Source of the DNA: Octopus sinensis
Taxonomy: Eukaryota
NCBI RefSeq assembly: GCF_006345805.1
Contig: NC_042999.1
Span: 120,404,001 to 120,468,000 of the forward strand
Direction of reading: 5' to 3'
DNA: 64,000 nt
In this document: one piece after another, positions 12,438-24,805 of the stretch
Layout: every line of letters begins with the position of its first letter
How positions within the stretch are numbered: position 1 is the first letter of the stretch
Position numbers and translations under genes: made by a program
Notes under the pieces: model-generated
Database searches by the model: none
Seen by the model: the letters and a program-made list of their open reading frames with translations, nothing else
Told to the model about the DNA's origin: nothing

Positions 12438-12816
12438 GTGTGTGTATAATGGACCCGGAAGTTGCTCGCAAGCAGCAGCAGTGATTTTCTTCAGCTGAAT
12501 GCTCGTCTTTGATTCGTAAAGATTACCCAAATACGACAACTTTAACACGAAAGAACTTCTAAAATACAAAATATTGCCAAAAAGTGAACCCTGTTCTATG
12601 TGACATATTCTACCAGTTTTCGAGGTTTCACAGTGTTTTGTTTAAAAAAATTATTAAAAAATCTGGCCGTCTTATTGAATAGACCCAATATTAAGATAAT
12701 TTTCAATTTTTCTCAACATGGAACCAATGGTACCTACAATTTACAAATAAAGAAATTTTCTCCACTAATTTTCTCATTTTCATCGTGTGACATTTATGTA
12801 CACACATGCACGCACG

Positions 12817-12982
<166 letters not shown>

Positions 12983-13239
12983 ATCAGTAAATGAGATGAT
13001 ACAGAAATAAGCGATTATTTTATAAAATATTTTACCTTACCTCTGTTTTGCGATGGGTTCCGAATGAGAAAACAAACATGTGTATAGGGAATGAAATATA
13101 TTAAATATATATATGTATGTGTATATATATATATGTGTGTGTGTATGTGTGTGTGTGGGGTGTGTGTGTGTGTGAGTGTGTGTGTGTGTTACTTTTAGCT
13201 GCAACTATTGATCATTAAATCTATTCTTCAAATAAAAAT

Positions 13240-13840
13240 AACGATAACCCCACCGCATTTTCCCCTTCCCTTCATAAAGCTCCCCCTTTATTTACACTCA
13301 CTACAACTATATATTAAACCACCATTATATTCCCATTATTTTCCACATTAATTCCATATTGTCGTTTATATACTCCTCTCTTTATCGTTCCTAACCATTT
13401 ATAATTTTTTTTACTTCACCTGCCTACCCCTCTTACCTCCCTTTGTAGACTTAGAAGTTCCTACGCCCATATAAACCTCTGCTACTTCATACTGTAAACA
13501 CGCTTGCCATACGCAATAATATACATTCCTTAATTGAAAGTTAGTAGTAGTCGTCACAATTCTTCCCCATTTTCTCTTGAATTCTATTTCTAATACTACC
13601 CTTCTCTTCATTGATACTTTTTCTCCTTCTTCACAAATATTTCCCCATCCCCTTCCCTCTACATGATCTTTCTTTCAAACACTCCCTTTACTAATCACTG
13701 TGATTCGGCCAAAATAGTGCTCTTCAATACTACCGGTTAAATGACCTTACTTAAATTCCTCTTTTTTCTCACTCCCTTATGTTTTTATTTATTTTATCTT
13801 TTATTCATAATTTCTCTCTATATTATATTCTCCACACCTG
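13240..13840 (-). mobile_element. Probable decayed L1/Tx1-type LINE 3' end
   Basis: Purine-rich minus strand with KRRVVLEIEFKRKWGRIV, resembling Tx1 ORF2 C-termini. Weak evidence. Confidence 0.3.
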
Positions 13841-14093
13841 CTGCACTCTCTCCCCCCCTCTCTCTCTCTCTCTCCACACACTCACACACACACACGCACA
13901 CACATATATAGACAGCCATGTGCAATTTCTTGTCATAAAGAAAAGCTATAATTATCACTAAATAACAGTAGGGTGTTTGAACATCTACATTGCTAGAAAT
14001 AAGAGTTAGAAAGCTCTGTTGTAGTTGTTAAAGCACATAATGGTATACATATGTACTAACAGGGACTGCAATCGCCCGAAAGCACCTTTTGAA

Positions 14094-14159
14094 AATTCCC
14101 TATACTGATCGGTCAGTTTCGGTTAATTTCTTGGCCTCATCAGTAGGGGCCGCTGAATC
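14094..14159 (-). ncRNA. Full-length type I hammerhead ribozyme
   Basis: The minus strand reads GATTC AGCGGC CCCTA CTGATGA GGCCAA GAAA TTAACC GAA ACTGA CCGA TCAGT A TAGGG AATT. The core is intact. Stem I is CCCTA/TAGGG plus a bulge and a distal helix, stem III is ACTGA/TCAGT, the cleavage triplet is GUA, and stem II has two C-A mismatches. Confidence 0.85.
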
Positions 14160-14327
14160 CAGAGAAAGTCGTGTCCTCTAATTACAAATTGTGCATCCAC
14201 CTTCTTTTTGTCCGTGCTAGCTTTCTTATTTGTAAATCGTATTGATTGTGTTCTCAGGCACACAAGATCGTTATCAAGGCCTGTTATCAAAACTTGCCTA
14301 GACTAGATCGTAGTAGCTCGTAACTGT

Positions 14328-14379
<52 letters not shown>

Positions 14380-14540
14380 AGGGAGAGAATTCCATCTTTA
14401 ATTGTTGAGTTCACCAAACAAAGACAACGATCGTTTCTGTTGTATCAACATATTCAGATACTGATAGTAATCATTCAAATTAATATATCTGAAAACAAAA
14501 ATGTTAAGACAATGTGTTAACATGTATTTTACCAAACCTC

Positions 14541-14625
14541 TAAGTTACAGGGACGTAAAGACACCAACACCTATGTCCAAGCAATGGTGAGCGAGAAACA
14601 TTGACGCAAATGCACGCACGCACAG
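14541..14625 (-). mobile_element. SINE internal fragment
   Basis: Reverse complement cttggacataggtgttggtgtctttacgtccctgtaactta matches the middle of the 17200-17625 family. Confidence 0.65.
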
Positions 14626-14649
14626 ACATAGACACAGACAAACAAACAA

Positions 14650-14691
<42 letters not shown>

Positions 14692-14829
14692 GTATATATA
14701 CATGTATCGAACACATGCACATTGTATGTGCTTTTGTAGTTTGCGGGTCGACTGCGAATACAACACATGCGCTGCTTCTAATTCATATCTGGATATGTGT
14801 GTGTGTGTGTGTGTGTGTGTGTTTGTTAA

Positions 14830-14988
14830 GCGTGACTGCTTGGTAAGAAGCTTGCTTTCCAACCACATAATTCTGGGTTCAGTCCCAATGCGTGTCAATT
14901 TGAGCAAGTGTCTTTTACCATATAGCTTCGATCTGACCGAAGCCTTGTGAGTGGGTTTGTTGGACGGAAGCTGAAAGAAGCTTGTCAT
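14830..14988 (+). mobile_element. tRNA-derived SINE, 5' half
   Basis: tggtaagaagcttgctttccaaccac...gggttcagtccc...gagcaagtgtctt, same family as 17200-17625. Confidence 0.75.
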
Positions 14989-14991
14989 ATA

Positions 14992-15028
<37 letters not shown>

Positions 15029-15068
15029 GTATGTATGTATGTATATATGTATGTATGTATGTATAAAC

Positions 15069-15104
<36 letters not shown>

Positions 15105-15411
15105 TTAAAATCTTAGGGAATAATAAGCATTTCAGGTTATCAGGACATTTGCTAGTTTACTCTTTACTAATGCAATGTAAACGGTATCATTTATAATATT
15201 ATAACAAATTTGGGATTTTACCAATAGAACTGGAACTCCTATTTCAGGATAACCTTATTCTGTGGAATACACATAGAAAGTTATATCCAATAAAATAATA
15301 TAAGCATTTAAAAGCCTACTATAAAATACAATAAAATTATTTGAAACAATATTCGAAAGAAATATACAACTTACCTGTTATTAGTCTATGGGGGAAAATG
15401 TTTTTAATCAA

Positions 15412-15508
15412 CGCTACACGTATTTCTGCACTGGTGGAGTGTTTATCAAGGCTATACCTAATACATAAATCCTAATACATAAATCCACCAGTGTTTCCTC
15501 AGGCTATT
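15412..15508 (-). ncRNA. Degenerate hammerhead-like motif with duplicated core
   Basis: The minus strand has CTGAGGA, a 10-bp stem CACTGGTGGA/TCCACCAGTG, GAAA, TACGTG and GUA. A second core-like TTGATAAACAC lies inside the loop. Stem I is only 2 bp. Confidence 0.4.
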
Positions 15509-15520
15509 TATCTTATTGTT

Positions 15521-15651
15521 ATTATTATTAACGGATCAAAGTTAAAAATACATATTCCAAGTCATACTAAATAGAAAAATATGAATAAACATATAATATA
15601 TATATATACATACATACATACATATGTATATATTTATTTATACATTCATAT

Positions 15652-15719
<68 letters not shown>

Positions 15720-15845
15720 TGTATAAATAAATATATACATATGTATGTATGTATGTATATATATATATATTATATGTTTATTCATATTTTTCTATTTAGT
15801 ATGACTTGGAATATGTATTTTTAACTTTGATCCGTTAATAATAAT
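15521..15845. repeat. About 140-bp perfect inverted duplication centred on (TA)n
   Basis: 15521-15660 is the reverse complement of 15706-15845, including about 80 bp of non-microsatellite sequence (aacggatcaaagtt...ataaacat). Confidence 0.9.
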
Positions 15846-15852
15846 ATATATA

Positions 15853-15921
<69 letters not shown>

Positions 15922-16099
15922 ATACATATATATATACATATATATACATATATATACATATATATATGTATATATATATATGTTTGGAAACAATCTATGT
16001 ATACGAAAACGCATATAGCATATATTTATGTACATCGCAAATGTATGGAACGAACAATTATTGTTAAACATAAGAAAACTAAGTTCTCCGATTTACTTA

Positions 16100-16102
16100 G
16101 TT

Positions 16103-16182
<80 letters not shown>

Positions 16183-16216
16183 GGTGGTGGTGATGGTGGT
16201 GGTGGTGGTGGTGGTG

Positions 16217-16269
<53 letters not shown>

Positions 16270-16270
16270 T
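16100..16270. repeat. Compound (GTA)n-(GGT)n-(GTA)n microsatellite
   Basis: Directly visible. It explains the poly-S/G/V ORFs in the track. Confidence 0.95.
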
Positions 16271-16859
16271 GTAGTTTTATAAGTACGTTATATTTGGAGG
16301 ATATTTAAAAATGATTCAGCTTCGGTGATTACATCCTAACGCATGATTTAAAGCTACTCTGACTGTCCCCTCTTTTCTGTCTAAGATAAAATTGCTTGTA
16401 AAGACGTCATATTTACACCAGACGATACTTAAATTTATTGACTAATATTCTATGAATGTACACTATAGAACTTAAATTTTACTTGTATCTTACATTTATG
16501 TTGTTGCTTTTGTTGTCATTCGTAACACAGCAATATGTGTGTGTACGTGTCTGTGTATAAGTAAAGCCACTAGAAATATATTATATATGCAAATACATAT
16601 ACCTAATTTGCATAATCCCTTAGTATTAGTGAGATGATAATCAGTGACTTCATTGACTGTTAACGAGCTAGTGATATATATATAACCAGCACAGAATTAA
16701 TTCAAGCTACGCAAGTCGGTTTTTCCTTTCCATGATGATAGTGATTAAAAAAGAGAGATGTATACTTACACAATGTGAGTCAAAAGATCTGTAAACATGT
16801 CATATAGAACAATATAGCATTTGTAACTGTAACTATCAAATTATATTTTATATACCCAG

Positions 16860-16914
16860 ATGGGTCGCCGTTCACTACAGTTGTTTCAGACGTATTGTTT
16901 ATTGATGATCAAAA
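16860..16914 (+). CDS. Candidate 55-nt internal exon
   Basis: ttttatatacccag| ... |gtaagg, open in the frame GSPFTTVVSDVLFIDDQ. Could be chance. Confidence 0.2.
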
Positions 16915-17199
16915 GTAAGGCTATCACAGTGATACAATTAAAGAAAGTGTTTGCCAAGAGAAAAAATTTTCGAATACTTGTTAGAATTAACAAAAAGAAC
17001 TTCTTGCAAACAGGAGTGTACACCGGTATGACTTTGATAAGTCTTCAGTCAGTTACTTTTGAGTGTATGCATAACTGGAAGGGTAAATCCGTATTGTTTA
17101 GTATCTGTCAGTATACATTGCCGATACACAAGCGCACTATCCATGTTTCTGCTTTGGTAACTTTACTTTACCAATAACTGATTTTTTTTCGAATAAGTT

Positions 17200-17319
17200 G
17201 TCGTGGCTGTGTGGTAAGAAGCTTGCCTCCCAATCACATGATTAAAGGTTCAGCCCCACTGCGTGGCACCTTGGGCAGGTGTATTCTACTATTACCTCAG
17301 GCCGACCAATCCCTTGTGA

Positions 17320-17391
<72 letters not shown>

Positions 17392-17625
17392 ATTGAATAT
17401 ATATATATTTGTGTGTCATTGTTGATCCCCATTACCACTTGACAGCCGATGCTGGCATGTTTATGTCCCCGTAACGTAGTGCTTCCGCAAAAAGAGTTAG
17501 ATATAATAAGTACTAGGCTCACAAGAATAAGCCCTGGGGTCGATTTCCTCGGCTAAAACTCTTTAAGGCGGTGCTCCCGCATGGCCGCAAGCAAATGACT
17601 GAAACAAGTAAAAAGAATAAAAGAA
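17200..17625 (+). mobile_element. Full-length tRNA-derived SINE with internal (TA)n
   Basis: Head gtggctgtgtggtaagaagcttgcc...ggttcagcccc, gcaccttgggcagg, internal (TA)n, and tail ggcggtgctcccgcatggccgc...gactgaaacaagtaaaaagaat. Confidence 0.8.
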
Positions 17626-17671
17626 TATACAAACACACGCACACACACTCACACACTCACACACATATATA

Positions 17672-18221
17672 TATTTTCATTTCACTAAATTTATCAAGCT
17701 TCTGTGTTTCTAGTACATACTTCGCCTTTTAATGTACTTATATATGAATAATATATGGCTTGTGCTAGAAACACCAGCGATAATAATTAATTTTATTTTA
17801 TCGCATTTTGAATTTGTTTACATATTTTCTCGATAAATTTTGAGCGTTAGACAATATACCAGAAATCCCTAGTTTGTCGGGTACGTTCTGCGTCTGCGCA
17901 GTGATCTGATTAGTTAGAGAGAGCAAATTATTAGACGCACATGTTTCTAGTGAGGTGCGATTTCACAATAACAGGGCTCTTACCGATGAATTCTCCCTGA
18001 GTAATTAAATTATTTTTATTACTGAAAAGAACGAAACTGCAGTCTAAGAGGAACCGAGTTAGTAAACGTTTTTATTTTCATTTCACTAAATTTATCAAGC
18101 TTCTGTGTTTCTAGTACATACTTCGCCTTTTAATGTACTTATATATGAGTAATATATGGCTTGTGCTAGAAACACCAGCGATAATAATTAATTTTATTTT
18201 ATCGCATTTTGAATTTGTTTA
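17672..18221 (+). repeat. 149-bp direct repeats flanking a 252-bp core
   Basis: 17672-17820 and 18073-18221 are identical except for one A/G difference that I could find. Confidence 0.85.
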
Positions 18222-18259
18222 TATATATATAAGCTTGATATATATATATATATATATAT

Positions 18260-18860
18260 GATGCTTTCGGAGAAGCAACATGTTGTTGAATCTTCATAAA
18301 AAAGGCGTTCAAGTTGTTCAACACTCACAAAAAGTATGATCAATATGTACAGATGGAAGAATTTTAAAGAATTGAAACTTGGATGGCGTCACACGTCTTT
18401 TCCAACGCCTTGCAAGTTCAAAAAGCAGCGGTTGCCAAAGAAATTCATGGTTTCTGTTTGAAATATGATTTCATTCTCCTTAATCTTATGGTGCGTCGCT
18501 ATTCCGGGGACAGCGAGTGATACGTTGAGTTACTCAGAGGAGAAGCTATTAGGAGAAGGAAATCGTAAAAGTTTCAGAAAACTACATACATTCACCCAAA
18601 CAATGCGTGATCAGATACAACTTTGCAACGAAATAAAGAAATCCAAATGTTAGATTAGTCCGGTTCTCGGATCTGGCACCCTCCGACTTCAACCTGTTTT
18701 TTCTACTAAAGAATCGTCTTGGGGTTAACGATCCACTGACACAGGTGAGGTGAAAGTGACTGTGAACAAGTGTGTACAAAGATGCTAACCTACGTTTTAT
18801 TCAATAGGATTCAAGTGTGGTTTCAGCTATAGCGCAACGTGCGCAATTTGAACGACCTAT
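18260..18860 (+). mobile_element. Highly decayed mariner transposase fragment
   Basis: An ETW motif lies near 18370, and SPVLGSGTLR/SDLAPSDFNLFFLLK-type sequence lies at 18660-18720. Confidence 0.6.
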
Positions 18861-20423
18861 GAAAGTTAATGAAAGTTAATGAAAGTTATAACCACTTTTA
18901 CATAATCATCAGGACAACAATTGTACTATATATAATCTGTGAGTATTTATGTGTGCGTATAAAAATATATGTATATAATAACCTTAAGCCAAGTGTAAAA
19001 TATTTGGGGGGGCTGGTTTATTCCTATCAGTAAAGCTGAACTAGAACAACAGCACCTGAGCGGGTGAGAGAGAGAGGAAAAAGAAGTAGTATAAAGAGAA
19101 GTGATTCAGAGTTGGGAGTCTGACAAAGTAATAGAGAGAAATAGCCAGCTCTCAGCGACCAGACAATGGAATATAGGAAGCGATTGGAAAACAAATTTGT
19201 AACAGAAAAAAAGGATAGCGAAAGAAAAGTTTGCAAGATAAAAGAAAAAAAAGAAAAACAGAAAAGAAGAGCGAAAGAAAAGAAAAATATATAGGTCTAC
19301 AACAGACTTATGGAATCAGAAAAGTAAGGAGATAAAATAATTGCAGTATAGACAGTAAATGACAAAGAGATTGAGAGAAAAGTCAAGTAAGACTATCACA
19401 GATACAATTAAAGAAAGAAATCGTGTAAGATAACAAAATGAGTGTGTGTCTGTGCGTCTGTGAAGGAGTGAAAGTTGGTGGGGAAATATATAAAGACGAA
19501 AAGAATAATGAAGTATGAAATTAAGTTAGAGAGAACAATGATTGGGAGTGACTGATGGAAAGATGAATAAGAATAACTGTAAAAAGACAAAATGGATCAA
19601 AGGAAAAAAAAGTGCATTAAAGTTTGAAGCAAAAACATTAAGAGTTACTGAAAGGAGATAAAAATAAACCAGAACATTTGCACGTGTACAACTTGAGAAT
19701 ACTTATATGTAAGGGTGTGAGTGTCAGTGTGTGTCTGTGTGTGTATGTGTGTATGTGTGTGTGTGCGCGCGCGTGTGTATGTATGTATGTATGTAAACTT
19801 CATGACGTTGATTCCACAATAAGTGGAAGAATTTCAGTCAATTACCAACATCTTTTTTGACGCTTATAATAGCATGGGTCTAATGCTCAACATAAGTAAA
19901 ATGAAGATTGTGCATCAGCATTCATTTATGTACATTGATAGATGGTGGGAATTTAGAAAATTTCCAAAATCTGGGAAGTTCCCTTTCATAGAATTGATGC
20001 TTGTGTGGAGATATAACATGATATGAATGTGTCAATGCCTAAGTTGCTTGTATAAGGTGACGGCAATATGAAAACAAGGAAGCATACATACGGTATTTAT
20101 ACCAAGTGGCTCACCTCTTATACTAATGTGAAACTTGATAAAGATTATAGCCAATGACAGGACTTGTGGACCTTGCATTCTAGATAATCACATATTAGAC
20201 CATAGAATTTAAAGCGGGTGGAAAACCATCGTTGATTCGAAAGTAATAACAACGATATATGCATACACATGGGCATACACACACATGCACACAGACACAC
20301 ACACTGACACATCTATGTGTGTGTACGTATATATGTAAGAGGTGCGTTCTTGAAGATTTTGAGACTCTTTTAAGAGAGGTTATAACTGTCCAGTATATTT
20401 GTAATTTTCCTATATCATTACTA

Positions 20424-21341
20424 TACGATGGGGTGCCAAACAGAAACTGGAATTTTACATTATTATTTTATTCTCTTATATTTACATGTTTACACTTTCA
20501 TCGTCTTTAAAGTATTCTCCATTTGAAGCAATACATCGGTCCAGACTCATATTCCACTGTTCAAACAGTCCTGGAACTCTTGCGAGGCCTGCTAAAACCT
20601 CTGTTATTTTTTTTTTCTGTTCTTCATTTCCACATCAGCAAATTCCGTTGTACCAGCATTCGTCACCAGTGATGACTTTCGTTAAAAGGCCCGGATCAAC
20701 TTCCAACTGTTTATATTTTTTCCAGTAAACTACACGCATTTAGTCGTGACTACTTTTGATCTTCCGTGATCAAGTGAGGCACACATTTTGCTGCAACACT
20801 TCTCATTCATAATTCCTCACTCAAAATTTGTTGGCAGGAGCTCCAGGATACATCTGTCATATCAACAAATACGTCAGTTGTTCGGTGACGGATCTCTCAG
20901 ATCAGTTCATGAATTTTCGTAATGTTTTCATTCGTTCGTGAGGTCAACAGTCGTCTTCAACGAGGTTGGTTCTCAAGCGACAAGTGACAATTCCTAAAGT
21001 GTAAAAACCCCTCGTAAACTTTTGTTCTTCTCATGGTAGCGTTTGAAGCTGTTTGAAGTATGACAACTGTTTTGGCCACCGTTTTCGCCAGCAGAAACAG
21101 AATTCCACAAAAGCACGCCGTTCCTTTGATTCAGCCATCGCAAAAATCGTCGAACAAGGGAGAATTCGATGAACTGCAACATAAAGACGCACCATGTGGC
21201 ATTATTAGCTCAGTGGACAACGCCGGGTGGCAGACTGATGTCTAAAGGTTGCATTAAGAGGTTTCTAGCTGACGAAACCTGAACTACCATGAGCTTGTCC
21301 CACAGAAAACGTTTCCGGTTACTTTTGGGTACCTCCTCGTG
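20424..21341 (-). mobile_element. Inner mariner element (decayed, about 920 bp)
   Basis: TIRs TACGATGGGGTGCCAAACAGAAACTGGAAT and (reverse complement) CACGAGGAGGTACCCAAAAGTAACCGGAAA. Remnants include ILSEEL*MRSVAAKCVPHLIT and DPGLLTKVITG. Confidence 0.7.
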
Positions 21342-21631
21342 CATGTAATAAGCTGACTTGCAACATTTTGTTATTCCAAATTGATGGAGACGGCGGTAAC
21401 AACACCTTGAACACACCCTATTAAACACTGCTTGTCACAGACGATGAGTTTCCAGAATTCAGTCGGAACAGGAAGATAATTCGGAAGCTCACTATGCAAC
21501 AAAGTTTTGTGTTAAACTAGGTACAAACACTATAAAATCTTATGAAACCTTGCAGACCGTTTTTGCATTAACTTGTATGAGTTAGGCATCTGCTTTTCGC
21601 TGGAACAACAGGCCAAGCAAAGCAAGTCCAT

Positions 21632-21695
21632 GATCCGAGGCTGAACCTGGGATTATGTGGTTGGGAGGCAAGTTTCTTACCACACAGCCACGCCA
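21632..21695 (-). mobile_element. SINE head fragment
   Basis: Reverse complement ggcgtggctgtgtggtaagaaacttgcctcccaaccac matches the 17200 family head. Confidence 0.65.
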
Positions 21696-22382
21696 ACTTT
21701 TCAGGATTCGAAGAAAACCAGCTATTTAGATAGTAAAGTCACCAAAACAGAAATAGAGATAGTGTGCCTGTGTACCGTTTAGTATCTGTATACTGACAGA
21801 TACTAAACAGAATACGGATTTGTCCTTCCAGTTATACATACACTCACAAGTAACTGACTGAATCCACAACGTGTTATCACGAAGATTCACTTTTTCCATA
21901 ATAAGGACATCATTTACGTCTGCTGGTTTCCCTCTGGCCAGGTGGTCAAGAAAGTACTTTGCGGAGGTTTTCTGGAATTTCGGATAGTAATCAAGTAATT
22001 GACAGTGATGGGCATCAAAACTGTCCCCATACAGTCCAGGTGATTTTTCTTGTTCCACAGCTGGAGGAGAACATGAAGGGTGTCCTGGATAACTTCACTT
22101 TGGAAGACTTCAGGGGTGGAATTCACGTAATGGCTGGAGAGCTACAACAGGTGCAGTGAAATCAGAGGAACCTATTTGAAGGAGATTAGAGCTTTGTACT
22201 TATTTGAAACTAGTAAATAAATGTCTCTCCTGAAAGAAGTCCCAAAACATTTAAAATTCAGTTTATATATATAAGTGCGTGTGTCTGTATGTGTGAGAGA
22301 GAGAGAGAGAGAGACAGGAAGAAAGCGTGTGTGGGTGGGTGTTTATGAGTGCATAAGTATATATACATACATATATATGTGT

Positions 22383-22420
<38 letters not shown>

Positions 22421-22426
<6 letters not shown>

Positions 22427-23539
22427 GTTTGTATGTATGCATGTGGGTATATCTATACACACAATAAGTGGTTCCACTAAATAATTAACCACTTCGTTTT
22501 ATGTATCAGGGAAAGGAAAATATTAAAGATCGATAAAACAATCTGTAAGTGGGACCAGGTGTACTATAGCATGATTCTAACACGTAGCCCGCATTAGAAA
22601 CGAATTAATACATTCCATCCATATGTAGCCGCTGTCATAATCCTAGGAAAAGAAATACATATTGATGGAAAAACAGTGCTGCCCTTCCAGCCATTAAAAT
22701 ATTCCCCCTAACGTTTAAAGTAACAACTTAAGTGTAAGCTACAAGTGACTACAGTATATGTTTGATGTTATTAAATATCACAAGGTAAATTTATTGCCAT
22801 CAAGCTAGAAACAAATTCAACCAATATTTCATGTCGAAAAATAGAACTTCATTTTCTAAAGACCGAATTGCCAAGAAGAATGCGTCTCGGTGTGATAGCA
22901 AATATACATACTGTGCTGGTATCTTCCTTCAAAGATTACAGGTCACATAGATTGCTTAAAAGAGAAATCACATTTCGCCTTCTTCTACACAAGTTTTCAT
23001 TCTGTAGCCAAAACCTTGAACAACACTGCCCCACTTTCCCTAGATAGTTAGAAGAGACACCGCGAATGATATGTAGGCAATATCATACGAAGTACCAGCT
23101 CTTAGCACTGTGTCTTACCGAAAAATATGATATAATCTCACCGCTTAAAACCATTCCCAACGATCACATATGAGCTTCTTTTAAGCTGCCGGAACGTCTA
23201 TATCCCTCCTTCTAAACATTGCGCATTACACATTAGAGACCTTGTGACTATTTGTACACTTGCAGAAAGAACTTTCAAACATTCCTCCATTAAAAAGGGA
23301 AAGAAAAAAAAACGAAAAATACATGAAGTTCACTGCAGACTGGGTTTGTGAAGTTTATAATGCAGTAATACTCACACGCAGTTTCAAGTCAAGCATGCAG
23401 ATCACTGGCGAAGTAAAATAACTATGAATCGCATAATTCCCCAAACACTAATTCGGAAAGGCTTGATCGTACAGGGGTTAATATATTACTTAGTATTTCT
23501 CTCATTTCACTCTCTCTATCTTTCTTCCTTTCTTCGTCA

Positions 23540-23635
<96 letters not shown>

Positions 23636-23638
23636 TAT

Positions 23639-23693
<55 letters not shown>

Positions 23694-24805
23694 CATGTTT
23701 GTATGTATGCATGTGGGTATATCTATACACACAATAAGTGGTTCCACTAAATAATTAACCACTTCGTTTTATGTATCAGGGAAAGGAAAATATTAAAGAT
23801 CGATAAAACAATCTGTAAGTGGGACCAGGTGTACTATAGCATGATTCTAACACGTAGCCCGCATTAGAAACGAATTAATACATTCCATCCATATGTAGCC
23901 GCTGTCATAATCCTAGGAAAAGAAATACATATTGATGGAAAAACAGTGCTGCCCTTCCAGCCATTAAAATATTCCCCCTAACGTTTAAAGTAACAACTTA
24001 AGTGTAAGCTACAAGTGACTACAGTATATGTTTGATGTTATTAAATATCACAAGGTAAATTTATTGCCATCAAGCTAGAAACAAATTCAACCAATATTTC
24101 ATGTCGAAAAATAGAACTTCATTTTCTAAAGACCGAATTGCCAAGAAGAATGCGTCTCGGTGTGATAGCAAATATACATACTGTGCTGGTATCTTCCTTC
24201 AAAGATTACAGGTCACATAGATTGCTTAAAAGAGAAATCACATTTCGCCTTCTTCTACACAAGTTTTCATTCTGTAGCCAAAACCTTGAACAACACTGCC
24301 CCACTTTCCCTAGATAGTTAGAAGAGACACCGCGAATGATATGTAGGCAATATCATACGAAGTACCAGCTCTTAGCACTGTGTCTTACCGAAAAATATGA
24401 TATAATCTCACCGCTTAAAACCATTCCCAACGATCACATATGAGCTTCTTTTAAGCTGCCGGAACGTCTATATCCCTCCTTCTAAACATTGCGCATTACA
24501 CATTAGAGACCTTGTGACTATTTGTACACTTGCAGAAAGAACTTTCAAACATTCCTCCATTAAAAAGGGAAGAAAAAAAAACGAAAAATACATGAAGTTC
24601 ACTGCAGACTGGGTTTGTGAAGTTTATAATGCAGTAATACTCACACGCAGTTTCAAGTCAAGCATGCAGATCACTGGCGAAGTAAAATAACTATGAATCG
24701 CATAATTCCCCAAACACTAATTCGGAAAGGCTTGATCGTACAGGGGTTAATATATTACTTAGTATTTCTCTCATTTCACTCTCTCTATCTTTCTTCCTTT
24801 CTTCG

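Larger units (their letters stand above)
20336..22266 (+). mobile_element. Decayed outer mariner element carrying nested insertions
   Basis: TIR-like gaggtgcgttcttgaagattttgagact at 20339, N-terminus YATKFCVKLG at about 21490, PYSP...DFFLF at about 22030, and the C-terminus WLE...RG.YFEGD* near 22190. Confidence 0.55.

Noticed and set aside
12445-12560. Acceptor-like site followed by KFFRVKVVVFG (small-GTPase-like start)
   Set aside because: Too short, with a stop immediately after unless a weak donor is used.
15997-16308. Poly-S/G/V, poly-I/L/N and YIYI ORFs here and throughout the track
   Set aside because: They are translations of microsatellites, not genes.
16770-16788. Minus-strand 19-nt microexon candidate (tttacag|...|gtaagt)
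   Set aside because: A few such patterns are expected by chance in 64 kb of AT-rich DNA, and there is no supporting context.
21248-21275. CTGACGA motif
   Set aside because: It lies inside a mariner and has no stem II or GAAA.
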